Assembly (NCBI GenBank): GCA_034667685.1
Contig: JAXDQU010000012.1
Coordinates: 11,770-75,769, forward strand
Reading direction: 5' to 3'
Origin: Thermoplasmata archaeon
GTDB lineage: Archaea; Thermoplasmatota; SW-10-69-26; JACQPN01; JAJPHT01
Length of the DNA stretch: 64,000 nucleotides
Below are positions 1-9,294 of this stretch, piece by piece (position 1 is the first letter of the stretch; each line of letters opens with the position of its first letter). Below the pieces are notes generated by a model. The model saw only the letters and a list, made by a program, of their open reading frames with translations, did not search any database and had not been told where the DNA came from. The position numbers and the translations under genes were made by a program.

Positions 1-143
1 TGGGCGCGGTGGCCGCGCGCGAGCGCCTCGCGCTCACCACGCTCGCGGGCGGTGCGCTGGTGCTCGCGGGCGTCGCGATGGCGCTGCTCAGGGCACGCAG
101 GCTGGACCGGCGGACACGGGCTCCGCATGCGGAGGCGCGGTGA
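1..143 (+). CDS. 3' end of probable EamA/DMT-family transporter (partial)
   Basis: Frame 3 reads ...ARERLALTTLAGGALVLAGVAMALL...* , a typical DMT C-terminal helix; truncated by window edge. Confidence 0.55.
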   Translation, partial: GAVAARERLALTTLAGGALVLAGVAMALLRARRLDRRTRAPHAEAR

Positions 144-210
144 GCGCGGAGGCCGCGGAGTCCCAGAACGCCGCGCGCCCCGCGTCCTCCGCGTCTCCGC
201 ATGCGGAGCC
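119..210. repeat. Palindromic element built from ~9-nt CGCGGAGG-like units
   Basis: ggctccgcatgcggag at 119 and its reverse complement ctccgcatgcggagcc ending at 210; lies between convergent genes. Confidence 0.8.
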
Positions 211-229
211 GCGAAGCGCGCGGGCAGGC

Positions 230-1564
230 TCAGACAACCCAGGGCTGGATCGTCGTCGCGTCGTCCACGAGCTTCGGCCCGTCGGTCATGCGCGCGAACG
301 TGATGCGTCCGCCCTCGTCGGCGCTGAGCACGGTGACGTAGCTCACCACGAGCGAGCCGTCGGGGGCGATGGCGCACTGCTGGAAGTCGCCCAGCTCGCG
401 GCCGCTCGTGCACGAGACGCCGCCCTGGCAGGGCTCGCCCACGCGCGCGGGCGCGTCGCTCACGCGGCCGCTGACCTCGGTGGGCGTGGCGGTGTCCGCC
501 CCGACGATCGCGCCGGCCGTCTCGTACCATTCCTTCGCCGGGTCGGGCGCGTGGTACCACGAGAGGCCGAGCTTGCCGGGCGCGCCGGCGGCGACCCACA
601 GGAAGAGCGAAAGGCCCGCCTCGTGGAACGCGGTCCGCGGCTCGCTCCACGTCTTGCCCATGTCGTGGCTGTAGACGTACGCGACGTGGCTCGCGCTCTC
701 GCCGGCGCTCTCGGTCCACGCGACGTAGACCGTGCCCGCGGTGTCGGCGACGGTCTGCGGGAAGCTGTCGGTGAGCTTGCGCTCCTTCACGATGATGTCG
801 TCCTTCCACGTCTTGCCCGCGTCGTGGCTCTGCACGAAGTGGAGGTTGCCGCCCTCGGCGATGCTGAAGGCGACGAAGCCGCCCTTCGTCGCGACGATGG
901 GGCCCGGGTCGCCGCCCACGGGGCTCGCGGTCACGGGGGTCCACGACGCGCCGTTGTCGGTCGTCTTGGCGACCTGCACGCCGGGCTGCCCCGAGTAGTC
1001 GAGGTAGAACGTGCCCGCGTGCTCCGGGTCTGGCCAGAGCCACTGGCGGTCGGTGTCGACGTCGCCCGTCGCGCTGCCGGCCTGCCACGTCTCGCCCTTG
1101 TCGGTGCTGTACGACACGCTCTCAGTTGCGAGGCCGAGCTGGTCCGCGACGACGATCGTGCCCTTGCTATCAATGGCGATGTCGCTGTCGGAGCCGCCCG
1201 GGAGATAGCTGTGGTAGGGCGCGGGGCCGAGGCCCGCCTTGAAGGCGAACGTCTTGCCGCCGTCCTTGGACGTCCAGATGGCGCCCTGGAAGAGGCCCTT
1301 GTCCACCATCTTCGTCGCGTCGAGCGGCCGGGTCGCGTACTTGATGAGGCCGGTGGGCGCGGCGACGATGACCATGCCGTCGGCGGCGACCTTGATCGAG
1401 GGCTCGGACGCGATGCGGTCGGCGTCGACGCGCACCGACTTGGCGAACGTGAGGTTCGTGCCCAGCGTGAGGCCGCCCTGCGAGGCGGGACCGACGTCGG
1501 GCGTCTTGACGCAGCCCGCGAGCGAGGCGCCCAGCACGACGAGGACGAGCAGCGCGGCGCGCAC
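230..1564 (-). CDS. Lipoprotein with BNR/Asp-box repeats (sialidase-like beta-propeller)
   Basis: Lipobox LAGC; repeated SxDxGxTW motifs (SKDGGKTF, STDKGETW, SHDAGKTW, SHDMGKTW). Confidence 0.85.
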   Translation of the reverse strand: MRAALLVLVVLGASLAGCVKTPDVGPASQGGLTLGTNLTFAKSVRVDADRIASEPSIKVAADGMVIVAAPTGLIKYATRPLDATKMVDKGLFQGAIWTSKDGGKTFAFKAGLGPAPYHSYLPGGSDSDIAIDSKGTIVVADQLGLATESVSYSTDKGETWQAGSATGDVDTDRQWLWPDPEHAGTFYLDYSGQPGVQVAKTTDNGASWTPVTASPVGGDPGPIVATKGGFVAFSIAEGGNLHFVQSHDAGKTWKDDIIVKERKLTDSFPQTVADTAGTVYVAWTESAGESASHVAYVYSHDMGKTWSEPRTAFHEAGLSLFLWVAAGAPGKLGLSWYHAPDPAKEWYETAGAIVGADTATPTEVSGRVSDAPARVGEPCQGGVSCTSGRELGDFQQCAIAPDGSLVVSYVTVLSADEGGRITFARMTDGPKLVDDATTIQPWVV

Positions 1565-2899
1565 TCAGACCACCCAGGGCTCGGGCGTGCTGTCCAGGAG
1601 CTTCGGGCCCTCGTCGACGCGGGCGAAGGCGACGTGGCCGCCGCTCATGGCGTCCTTGACGATGACGTAGCTCATGACGAGCGTGCCGTCGGGGGCGATG
1701 GCGCACTGCTGGAAGTCGCCCAATTCGCGGCCGCTGGTGCACGTGGTGCCGCTCTCGCAGGGCGGGTAGGGGAGCGCGGCGTCGCCGCCCACGCGCTCGT
1801 CCCACGTCTGGGGGCTGGGCGCGTCCGCGCCGATGACCTCGCCGGCGTGCTCGTAGAACTTCGCGTTGTCGGGCGACTCGTACCACGAGAGGCCCAGCTT
1901 CCCCGGCGAGCCCGCGGCGGCCCAGAGGAAGAGCGCCTTGCCCGTCTCCGAGAACGCGATGACCTTGGGGCTCCACGTCTTGCCCGCGTCGTGGCTGGAG
2001 ACATACGCCGTGTTCGTCTTGTCGCCGTCGTGCTCCTGCCAGAGGACGTAGAGCGTGCCGGCGGTGTCGGCGACGGTGATCGGGAAGTGGTCGAAGAGAC
2101 CCTTGTGGTCCTTGGCGATGACGTCGCTCTTCCACGTCATGCCCTTGTCCTCGCTGTGCGTGTAGAGGATGTCCTGCCCCTGGAAGCTCGTGAACGCCAC
2201 CGTCTGGTTCGTGGCGACGATCGGGCCGGGGCTCGTGCTGGGCGCGTCCGTCTCCACGGCGCTCCACGTCTTGCCCGCGTCGGTCGTCTTGGCGACGTTG
2301 ATCGACACGGCGTTGTGGTCGTAGTTCATGTAGACCGTGCCCGCGGTCGCGGGGTCGGGCCACATCCACATGCGGTCGACGTCAGGCACGCCGCTGCCCA
2401 GGGGCGTCGCCTCCGTCCACGTCGCGCCATTGTCGTTGCTCGTGCTGACCACTTCGAGCGCGAGGCCGAGCTGGTCGGCCATGTAGATCGTGCCCTTGCT
2501 ATCAATGGCGAGGTCCGCGTCCCCCGCGCCCGGCAGCGCGTCGTGGTAGGGGAGCGGCGCCATCTGCGCGAAGCTCCACGTCTTGCCGTTGTCCTTCGAG
2601 GTCCAGATGGCGCTCTGCGCCGCGCCGTTGGGCGCCTCGACCGCGAGGTCCTGCGGGCGCGTCGCGTACTTGACCGAGCCCGTGGGCGCGGCGACGAGGA
2701 TGACGCCCGTCTTCGTGACCTTGATCGAGGGCTCGCTCGCGATGCGCGTCGCGTCGACGACCACCGGCTTGCTCAGGTTGAGCGCCGAGGGAAGGCTCGC
2801 GGCGGGCGCGGAGGCGGGCGCGCCGTTGGGCGCCTGCACGCAGCCCGCAAGGGTGGCGCCCAAGAGTAGGAGGGCCACGACGAAAGGGCGGGGGGACAT
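1565..2899 (-). CDS. Lipoprotein with BNR/Asp-box repeats, tandem paralog of 230..1564
   Basis: Lipobox LAGC, Asp boxes, shared blocks RIASEPSIKV, CTSGRELGDFQQCAIAPDG and C-terminal PWVV. Confidence 0.85.
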   Translation of the reverse strand: MSPRPFVVALLLLGATLAGCVQAPNGAPASAPAASLPSALNLSKPVVVDATRIASEPSIKVTKTGVILVAAPTGSVKYATRPQDLAVEAPNGAAQSAIWTSKDNGKTWSFAQMAPLPYHDALPGAGDADLAIDSKGTIYMADQLGLALEVVSTSNDNGATWTEATPLGSGVPDVDRMWMWPDPATAGTVYMNYDHNAVSINVAKTTDAGKTWSAVETDAPSTSPGPIVATNQTVAFTSFQGQDILYTHSEDKGMTWKSDVIAKDHKGLFDHFPITVADTAGTLYVLWQEHDGDKTNTAYVSSHDAGKTWSPKVIAFSETGKALFLWAAAGSPGKLGLSWYESPDNAKFYEHAGEVIGADAPSPQTWDERVGGDAALPYPPCESGTTCTSGRELGDFQQCAIAPDGTLVMSYVIVKDAMSGGHVAFARVDEGPKLLDSTPEPWVV

Positions 2900-2958
2900 C
2901 GCGCTCCCGAACCGGGGAGGGGGTTATAGACCGCATGGCACGGGGATTGTACATGCCC

Positions 2959-3028
2959 GGGCTCTGGGCTCTGGACTCCGGGCTCAAGGCTCCGGAGCCC
3001 TGAGCCCGGAGTCCAGAGCCCAGAGCCC
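2959..3028. repeat. 70-bp near-perfect palindrome of 7-nt units (GGGCTCT/GGACTCC)
   Basis: 2959-2986 is the exact reverse complement of 3001-3028; inner ggctccggagcc is also palindromic. Confidence 0.95.
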
Positions 3029-3082
3029 CCGCGAAGGATTCTGCAGCAACGCCTATCCGCCCGTGGATGCTGGTGCGGCCCG

Positions 3083-4168
3083 ATGCGCATCCCGCTCGTG
3101 ACAATGGCCGTCCTCTGCCTGGCTTTCGCGGGGTGCATCGGCGCCAAGCCCGCCCCCGAGACGCCGGCGGCCGTGAACGCCAGCGCGGAGGGGGGCCTGA
3201 ACCTCCAGGCGATGGCGACCGGCGCGCCCACCTCGCCCGTGGCCGCGACGCTGGACGCGCCGCCCGAGTGGCGCCAGGGCGAGTGGTGGACGGTCACCGT
3301 GCACGACGGGTTCGACAGCGCGACCTACACCGGGACGCGCGTCGTCGCCGGCGCGGAGCCCGACGCCTACCTCGTGGGGATGCCGGCCGACAAGTTCAGC
3401 ACGGAGCTGATGGTGCTCCACATCCCAGGCTTCGGCCAGGTGGCGAAGAAGGACCTCAGCTTCGACGTGCACAACGTCAACTTCGCGCCGGTCAGCTTCC
3501 CGCTCACGGAGGGCAAGACCTGGAAGACCGCCTTCGAGGGGCGCCCGATCACCGCGGTCGCGCACGTCAAGAGCCCCACGGAGGCGCTCGTGCAGCTCGA
3601 CGGCCCCAACGACCACATGAACGTCACCTACGACGCGACGATCGGCGAGGTCCGCAAGATCGACTACGCCAACTACGCCACCGTCGAGGTCACGGGCCAC
3701 GGCTACGGCTACCAGGGCCTCGTCACCGTCCCCCACATGTTCAAGCTCGTCTTCCAGCAGTTCCGCCTCGGCGGCGTCGTGGGCCCGGGCAACGCGCCCG
3801 CCGCGCCCGACGAGACCGTGAACGTGGACAACACGTACGACCGCGTCAGCTTCGTCGAGATCCTCGCGGGCGCCAGCGCGCTCACCGGCCAGGCGGCGCC
3901 CACGGGCGGCGGCTACTTCGACGAGCAGGTCACCGGCCCCGACGGCAAGGTCTACGAGACGACGCTCATGCCCACCGAGGGAGGCTCGTCCCCCTACAAG
4001 CTGGCCTTCTTCAGCGTCGACAAGCCCGGTGGCGTCTGGAAGTTCCACCACGTCGCCGCCGGCCCCGGCGTCGCCGAGGCCGAGGGCATCGCGTACCACG
4101 TGTACGACATCGAGCTTCCCTCCGGGCGCGTCCTTCCGAGCACGGGGCAGCACCACCACGGGGGCTGA
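3083..4168 (+). CDS. Hypothetical lipoprotein
   Basis: Signal peptide with FAGC lipobox, host-like codon usage, His-rich tail. Confidence 0.8.
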   Translation: MRIPLVTMAVLCLAFAGCIGAKPAPETPAAVNASAEGGLNLQAMATGAPTSPVAATLDAPPEWRQGEWWTVTVHDGFDSATYTGTRVVAGAEPDAYLVGMPADKFSTELMVLHIPGFGQVAKKDLSFDVHNVNFAPVSFPLTEGKTWKTAFEGRPITAVAHVKSPTEALVQLDGPNDHMNVTYDATIGEVRKIDYANYATVEVTGHGYGYQGLVTVPHMFKLVFQQFRLGGVVGPGNAPAAPDETVNVDNTYDRVSFVEILAGASALTGQAAPTGGGYFDEQVTGPDGKVYETTLMPTEGGSSPYKLAFFSVDKPGGVWKFHHVAAGPGVAEAEGIAYHVYDIELPSGRVLPSTGQHHHGG

Positions 4169-4181
4169 CGAACGTCCGAAG

Positions 4182-4262
4182 GGGCTGTGGACTCAGGACT
4201 CTGGGCTCCCGCCTGCCATGCGCCCGGAGAGCCCAGAGTCCCGAGTCCAGAGCCCGAGTCCC
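4182..4262. repeat. Palindromic element of 7-nt units, same family as 2959..3028
   Basis: gggctgt-ggactca-ggactct-gggctc ... gagccca-gagtccc-gagtcca-gagcccg-agtccc. Confidence 0.9.
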
Positions 4263-4405
4263 TCGTTTCGTAGAGCAGCGGACTAGAGTTGCCCTCCAGA
4301 GAGCTTCTTCCCACGCGAGCCTACGGGCCGGAGGGGGGTCGGGCAAGGCCCGTACCTCAAGTGGCAACCCTGGCGCCTCGGAGGCCAGGCGTGCTGGGAC
4401 CGAAC

Positions 4406-5539
4406 ATGAGGGCCATCATTCTCGCAGCCGGTGAAGGGTCGCGCCTGCGCCCGCTCACGGCCGACCGCCCGAAGCCCATGATCCGGGTGGCGAACAAGCC
4501 GATCGCCCAGCACGTCGTCGAGGCGCTCGTCGCGCACGGCGTCAAGGACATCACCTTCGTGGTGGGCTACCAGAAGGAGAAGGTCCAGTCCCACTTCCAG
4601 GACGGCCGCCGCTTCGGCGCGCGCGTCTCCTACGCCTTCCAGCCCGTCCTGTCGGGCACGGCCGACGCGCTCCTCGCGGCGCCCCGGCCCACCGAGCCTT
4701 TCCTGGTGCTGGGCGCCGACAACCTCGTGGACGGCGCGCTCGTCAAGCGCATCCTCGGAGCGCCGGGCGAGGGCGCCGCGCTCGCAGTCCACGCCTGCGG
4801 GACGCCCGGCCGCTACGGCGTCGTCACGCTCGAAGGCGACCGCATCGCCAGCATCGAGGAGAAGCCCGCGCAGCCCCGCTCCGGCTGGGTCAGCACCGGC
4901 GTCTACCGCTTCGCGCCCGAGGACTACGACCGCCTGCGCAAGCTGCGCGCGGCCGGCGCCGACGGGCTTCCCGACCTCATCCAGAGCCTCCTCTCGCGGG
5001 GCGCGCCCGTCGAGGCCGTGCGCACCGAAGACCTGTGGGCCGACGCGGTCTACCCGTGGGACCTGCTGCGCGTGCAGGCCGAGGTCGTGCGGCGGACCTC
5101 GCCCGCGACGCCCGTCGTCGAGAACGTGAGCATCGAGCGCGGCGTGATGCTCGGCGACGAGGTCAGCGTCGGCGCCTACACCACGCTGGGCCGCAACACC
5201 TGCGTGGGCAGCAACGTCGTCATCGGCGGCCACTCCACGCTGGAGAACTGCATCGTGCTCGACGACGCGCAGATCGGGCCGTACAGCTACCTGAAGAACA
5301 CGGTCATCGGCGCGGGCGCCATCGTGGGCCCGCGCTTCACGGCGGTGTCGGGCGCCTGCGAGCCCCGCACCGCGGACGGGCACCACGCGCTGGCCGACTT
5401 CGGCAGCGTCGTCGGACAGGACGCGCGGGTCGGCGCGTGCGTGACGCTGGCACCCGGGACCATCCTGGGCAACCGCGTCCGCGTCGCGCTGGGGAAGACG
5501 CTCGCGGGCACCGTCGAGGACGGGGCTATCATTCTCTAA
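4406..5539 (+). CDS. glmU: Bifunctional sugar-1-phosphate nucleotidyl/acetyltransferase (archaeal GlmU-like)
   Basis: MRAIILAAGEGSRLRPLT..PKPM motif, EEKP, C-terminal hexapeptide repeats; directly upstream of glmS. Confidence 0.8.
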   Translation: MRAIILAAGEGSRLRPLTADRPKPMIRVANKPIAQHVVEALVAHGVKDITFVVGYQKEKVQSHFQDGRRFGARVSYAFQPVLSGTADALLAAPRPTEPFLVLGADNLVDGALVKRILGAPGEGAALAVHACGTPGRYGVVTLEGDRIASIEEKPAQPRSGWVSTGVYRFAPEDYDRLRKLRAAGADGLPDLIQSLLSRGAPVEAVRTEDLWADAVYPWDLLRVQAEVVRRTSPATPVVENVSIERGVMLGDEVSVGAYTTLGRNTCVGSNVVIGGHSTLENCIVLDDAQIGPYSYLKNTVIGAGAIVGPRFTAVSGACEPRTADGHHALADFGSVVGQDARVGACVTLAPGTILGNRVRVALGKTLAGTVEDGAIIL

Positions 5540-5554
5540 GGAGACGGGAACCAC

Positions 5555-7378
5555 ATGTGCGGAATCATCGGGGTTGTCGGAGTCGAAGGGGCCGCGAAGA
5601 CGCTCGTGCAGGGCCTCAAGCGCCTGGAGTACCGCGGCTACGACTCGGCCGGCATCGCCGTCGTCTCGGGCAACGAGCTCGCCATCCAGCGCGCCGTGGG
5701 CCAGGTCGCGAACCTGGAGAAGCAGGTCGCGCCCGCGGGCACCGTCGGGATCGGCCACACGCGCTGGGCCACGCACGGCGCGCCCACCGAGCACAACTCG
5801 CACCCGCACCGCGACTGCACGGGCCGCCTCGCCGTCGTCCACAACGGCATCGTCGAGAACTACCAGGAGCTGCGCGAGGAGCTGGAGGCGCGCGGCCACA
5901 AGTTCCGCTCGCAGACCGACACGGAGGTCCTCGCGCACCTCGTCGAGGAGCGCAACCGGGGCGACCTCCTGGCCGCCGTGCAGGAGATCCTTCCGCTCGT
6001 GCGCGGGAGCTACGCGCTCGTCGTCGTCAGCGCCGACGCGCCCGACCGCATCGTGTGCGCGCGCATGAAGAGCCCGCTGCTGATCGGCGTGGGCGCCGAC
6101 CGCATGTTCCTCGCCTCCGACGCGACCGCGATCCTGGAGCACACGCGCAGCGTCGTCTTCCTGGAGGACGGCGAGGTCGCCGAGCTGACGCGCGACCACG
6201 TGAAGCTCCTGGACGCCGAAGGCAAGCCCAAGATCCCCGTCGTGCGCGAGCTTCCGTGGAACCTCGAGGCGGCCGAGAAGGGCGGCTTCGACCACTTCAT
6301 GCTCAAGGAGATCCACGAGATCCCCGACGCGCTCCACGAGGTCTTCCGCGGCCGCGTGGGCCTCATCGGCGAGCGCTTCGACGTCGAGGGCGCGCTCTCC
6401 GAGGGCGCCATCCGCCAGGCCAAGCGCATCGTCATCCTCGCGTGCGGCACGAGCTACTACGCCGGCATGGTGGGCCGCTCGATCCTGGAGCAGACCGCGG
6501 GCGTCCCCGTCGAGGTGCACCTCGCCAGCGAGTACCGCTACGCGCCGCAGGTGCGCCAGGAGAACACGCTCGCGATCCTCGTGAGCCAGAGCGGCGAGAC
6601 CGCCGACACGCTCGAGGCGCTGCGCCGCGCAAGACAGAGCGGCGCCCGTACTCTCGCCATGGTCAACGTCGTGGGCTCGACGCTCGCGCGCGAGGCCGAG
6701 GGCGTCTTCTACCTGCGCGCCGGCCCCGAGATCGGCGTCGCCAGCACGAAGGCCTTCGCCAACATGGTGGGCGGCTTCTACCTCCTGGGCCTGCACCTGG
6801 GCACCGTGCTCGGGCACCTCACGCCCGACGAGAGCAAGCGCCTCGCCAGCGAGCTGCGCACGCTCCCCCGCCTCGCCCAGCGCGCGCTGGAGAGCGCCGA
6901 CGAGATGCGCGGCATCGCGGGCGGCTTCTTCCACGGCGCCGAGCACGCCTTCTACCTGGGCCGCCAGATCAACCACGGCCTCGCCATGGAAGGCGCGCTC
7001 AAGATCAAGGAGATCAGCTACCTCCACGCGGAAGGCTACGCGGCCGGCGAGCTCAAGCACGGCCCGCTCGCCCTCCTCACGCCCGACTTCCCCGTGGTGG
7101 TCTGCCTCAACGACCACGAGCCCACGTACGGCGTCATGGTCAGCAACATCGGCGAGGTGCGCGCCCGCGGCGCCAAGGTCCTCGCGGTGGCGACGGAGAC
7201 CGACGCGAACATCCACAAGTACGTGGACCACGTCGTGCGCGTCCCCGCCAGCGACCCGCTCTTCTTCCCGATCCCCGCGTGCGTGCAGCTCTACCTCATG
7301 GCGTACCACGCGGCCCACGCGCGCGGCTGCTCGATCGACCGGCCGCGCAACCTGGCGAAGAGCGTGACGGTCGAGTAG
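5555..7378 (+). CDS. glmS: Glutamine--fructose-6-phosphate aminotransferase
   Basis: MCGIIG, LEYRGYDSAG, GHTRWATHG, SQSGETADT, PRNLAKSVTVE. Confidence 0.98.
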   Translation: MCGIIGVVGVEGAAKTLVQGLKRLEYRGYDSAGIAVVSGNELAIQRAVGQVANLEKQVAPAGTVGIGHTRWATHGAPTEHNSHPHRDCTGRLAVVHNGIVENYQELREELEARGHKFRSQTDTEVLAHLVEERNRGDLLAAVQEILPLVRGSYALVVVSADAPDRIVCARMKSPLLIGVGADRMFLASDATAILEHTRSVVFLEDGEVAELTRDHVKLLDAEGKPKIPVVRELPWNLEAAEKGGFDHFMLKEIHEIPDALHEVFRGRVGLIGERFDVEGALSEGAIRQAKRIVILACGTSYYAGMVGRSILEQTAGVPVEVHLASEYRYAPQVRQENTLAILVSQSGETADTLEALRRARQSGARTLAMVNVVGSTLAREAEGVFYLRAGPEIGVASTKAFANMVGGFYLLGLHLGTVLGHLTPDESKRLASELRTLPRLAQRALESADEMRGIAGGFFHGAEHAFYLGRQINHGLAMEGALKIKEISYLHAEGYAAGELKHGPLALLTPDFPVVVCLNDHEPTYGVMVSNIGEVRARGAKVLAVATETDANIHKYVDHVVRVPASDPLFFPIPACVQLYLMAYHAAHARGCSIDRPRNLAKSVTVE

Positions 7379-7389
7379 GACGCGATCCC

Positions 7390-7962
7390 GTGGAGCCGCG
7401 CTTCTTCGCCAACCCGGAGAGATTCCGCGCGTGGCTTGCGAAGAACCATGCGAACAGGGCCGAGCTTCTCGTGGGCTTCTGGAAGGTCGGCAGCGGCAAG
7501 CGCAGCATGACGTGGGCGGAGGCGGTGGACGAGGCGCTCGCGTTCGGCTGGATCGACGGCGTGCGGAAGCGCATCGACGACGAAAGCTATCAGATCCGGT
7601 TCACGCCGCGCAAGGCGGGGAGCCACTGGTCGAAGGTGAACGTCGCGCACGTGGCGCGGCTCCGGGCGGAGGGCCGGATGACGCCCGCGGGCGAGGCGGC
7701 GTTCGCGGCGCGCGCCGAGGCCAAGACCGCGCGGGCGAGCTACGAGAACCGCGACGCGGCGAAGCTCCCGCCCGCGATGGCGAAGCGGCTGAGGGCGGAC
7801 GCCGCGGCGTGGGCGTACTGGTCCGCGCGTCCGCCCAGCTACCGGCGCGCGGCGGCGTGGTGGGTCGTCTCCGCCAAGCGGGAGGAGACGCGCGAGCGCC
7901 GGTTCGCGACGCTGCTGGCCGACTGCGCGGCGGGGCGGCCGATCAAGCCGCTCTCGTACTGA
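7390..7962 (+). CDS. YdeI/OmpD-associated family protein
   Basis: FRAWLAKNH, EAVDEALAFGWIDG, FTPRK..S.WSKVN, SAKREETRERR; GTG start inferred. Confidence 0.85.
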   Translation: MEPRFFANPERFRAWLAKNHANRAELLVGFWKVGSGKRSMTWAEAVDEALAFGWIDGVRKRIDDESYQIRFTPRKAGSHWSKVNVAHVARLRAEGRMTPAGEAAFAARAEAKTARASYENRDAAKLPPAMAKRLRADAAAWAYWSARPPSYRRAAAWWVVSAKREETRERRFATLLADCAAGRPIKPLSY

Positions 7963-8001
7963 GGGGGAAGTCTCATGCCGCCGGCGGGCTAAGCCGCGCG
8001 C

Positions 8002-9294
8002 ATGGCCTCGTTCGGAAGCTCGGGCGTCCGTGGACCGTTCGCCACGGTGGCGACGCCGGAGTTCGCGCTGCGGATCGGCCGCGCGGTGGGCGCGATGCGC
8101 AGGCGCGTGGTCGTCGGGCGGGACGCGCGCGTGACGGGGCCGCTGCTGGAGCGCGCGCTCGTGGCGGGCCTTCTCGCGCAGGGCGCCGAGGTGGCGACGT
8201 GCGGCGTGCTGCCCACGCCCGCGCTCGCGTACGCCGCGCGCCGGCACGAGGCGGGCATCGTCGTCACGGCGAGCCACAACCCCGCGCCGGACAACGGCTT
8301 CAAGCTCTGGGAGCCAACCGGGAAAGCCTTCGGCAAGGCGGAGCGCGCGCACGTCGAGCGCCTGCTCGCCGCGCCGCCCGAGAGCGCCGCGTGGGACGCG
8401 GTGGGCCGCGCCGAGGAGGAGCCCGGCGCCATCGAGGCGCACGTCGCGCGCATCCTGGATATCACGGGGCCGCTGCCGCGGCCCCTGCGCGTCGTGCTGG
8501 ATTGCGGCAACGGCGCCGCCAGCCGCGAGTCGCCGCTCCTGCTGCGCAAGCTGGGCTGCGACGTCGTGACGCTCAACGCGCAGCCCGATGGCCACTTTCC
8601 GGGCAGGCCCAGCGAGCCCAGCGAGGAGAACCTCGCCGCGCTGCGCCAGGCGGTCGTCGCGGCCGGCGCGGACCTCGGCCTCGCGCACGACGGCGACGCC
8701 GACCGCTGCATGGCCGTCACCGCCTCGGGCCGCTACGTGCAGGGCGACGAGCTGCTCCTGCTCTTCGCGCAGGAGCAGAAGGGCAAGACGATCGCGTGCC
8801 CGGTCGACGCGAGCCGCACGATCGAGGACGCCAGCGGGTGCCGCGTCGTGCGCACGCGCGTGGGCGACGCCTACGTGAGCGAGGCGCTGGCCGAGGCGCG
8901 CGGCGCGTTCGGCGGCGAGGCGAGCGGCGCGTGGATCTTCCCCGAGATGTCGTACTGCCCGGACGGCCCGCTCGCCGCCGCGCTCGCGTGCCGCATGGTG
9001 GCGGCGCGCGGGCCGTTGGACGCGCTCGTCGAGGCGCTGCCGCGCTACCCGTTGTGGCGCCACAGCTGGCGCATGCGGCCCGAGGAGATCGCGCCCACGA
9101 TGCAGCGCTTCGCCGAGGGGCTCGCGGAGGGCAAGGTCACGACGCTCGACGGCGTCAAGGCCGACTACGACGAAGGCTGGGTCCTCGTGCGGCCCAGCGG
9201 CACCGAGCCCAAGGTGCGCGTCACCGTCGAGGCGCGCGACGCCGCCGGGCTGGAGCGGCTGAAGGCGAAGGTCGCGCGCGTCAAGGCGCTCTGA
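8002..9294 (+). CDS. glmM: Phosphoglucosamine mutase / alpha-phosphohexomutase
   Basis: FGSSGVRG, TASHNP, DGDADR, GGEASG, RPSGTEPK; lies in glm cluster. Confidence 0.9.
   Translation: MASFGSSGVRGPFATVATPEFALRIGRAVGAMRRRVVVGRDARVTGPLLERALVAGLLAQGAEVATCGVLPTPALAYAARRHEAGIVVTASHNPAPDNGFKLWEPTGKAFGKAERAHVERLLAAPPESAAWDAVGRAEEEPGAIEAHVARILDITGPLPRPLRVVLDCGNGAASRESPLLLRKLGCDVVTLNAQPDGHFPGRPSEPSEENLAALRQAVVAAGADLGLAHDGDADRCMAVTASGRYVQGDELLLLFAQEQKGKTIACPVDASRTIEDASGCRVVRTRVGDAYVSEALAEARGAFGGEASGAWIFPEMSYCPDGPLAAALACRMVAARGPLDALVEALPRYPLWRHSWRMRPEEIAPTMQRFAEGLAEGKVTTLDGVKADYDEGWVLVRPSGTEPKVRVTVEARDAAGLERLKAKVARVKAL

Noticed and set aside
140-2869. Very long opposite-strand or off-frame ORFs (e.g. 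909, 1011, 975, 921 aa)
   Set aside because: Shadow frames of real genes caused by high GC; Arg/Ala/Gly-rich with no motifs
4165-4400. glmS ribozyme or hammerhead (ctgacga at 4165)
   Set aside because: glmS core AGCGCC..GACGAGG is absent, and no matching GAAA/stem II on the same strand
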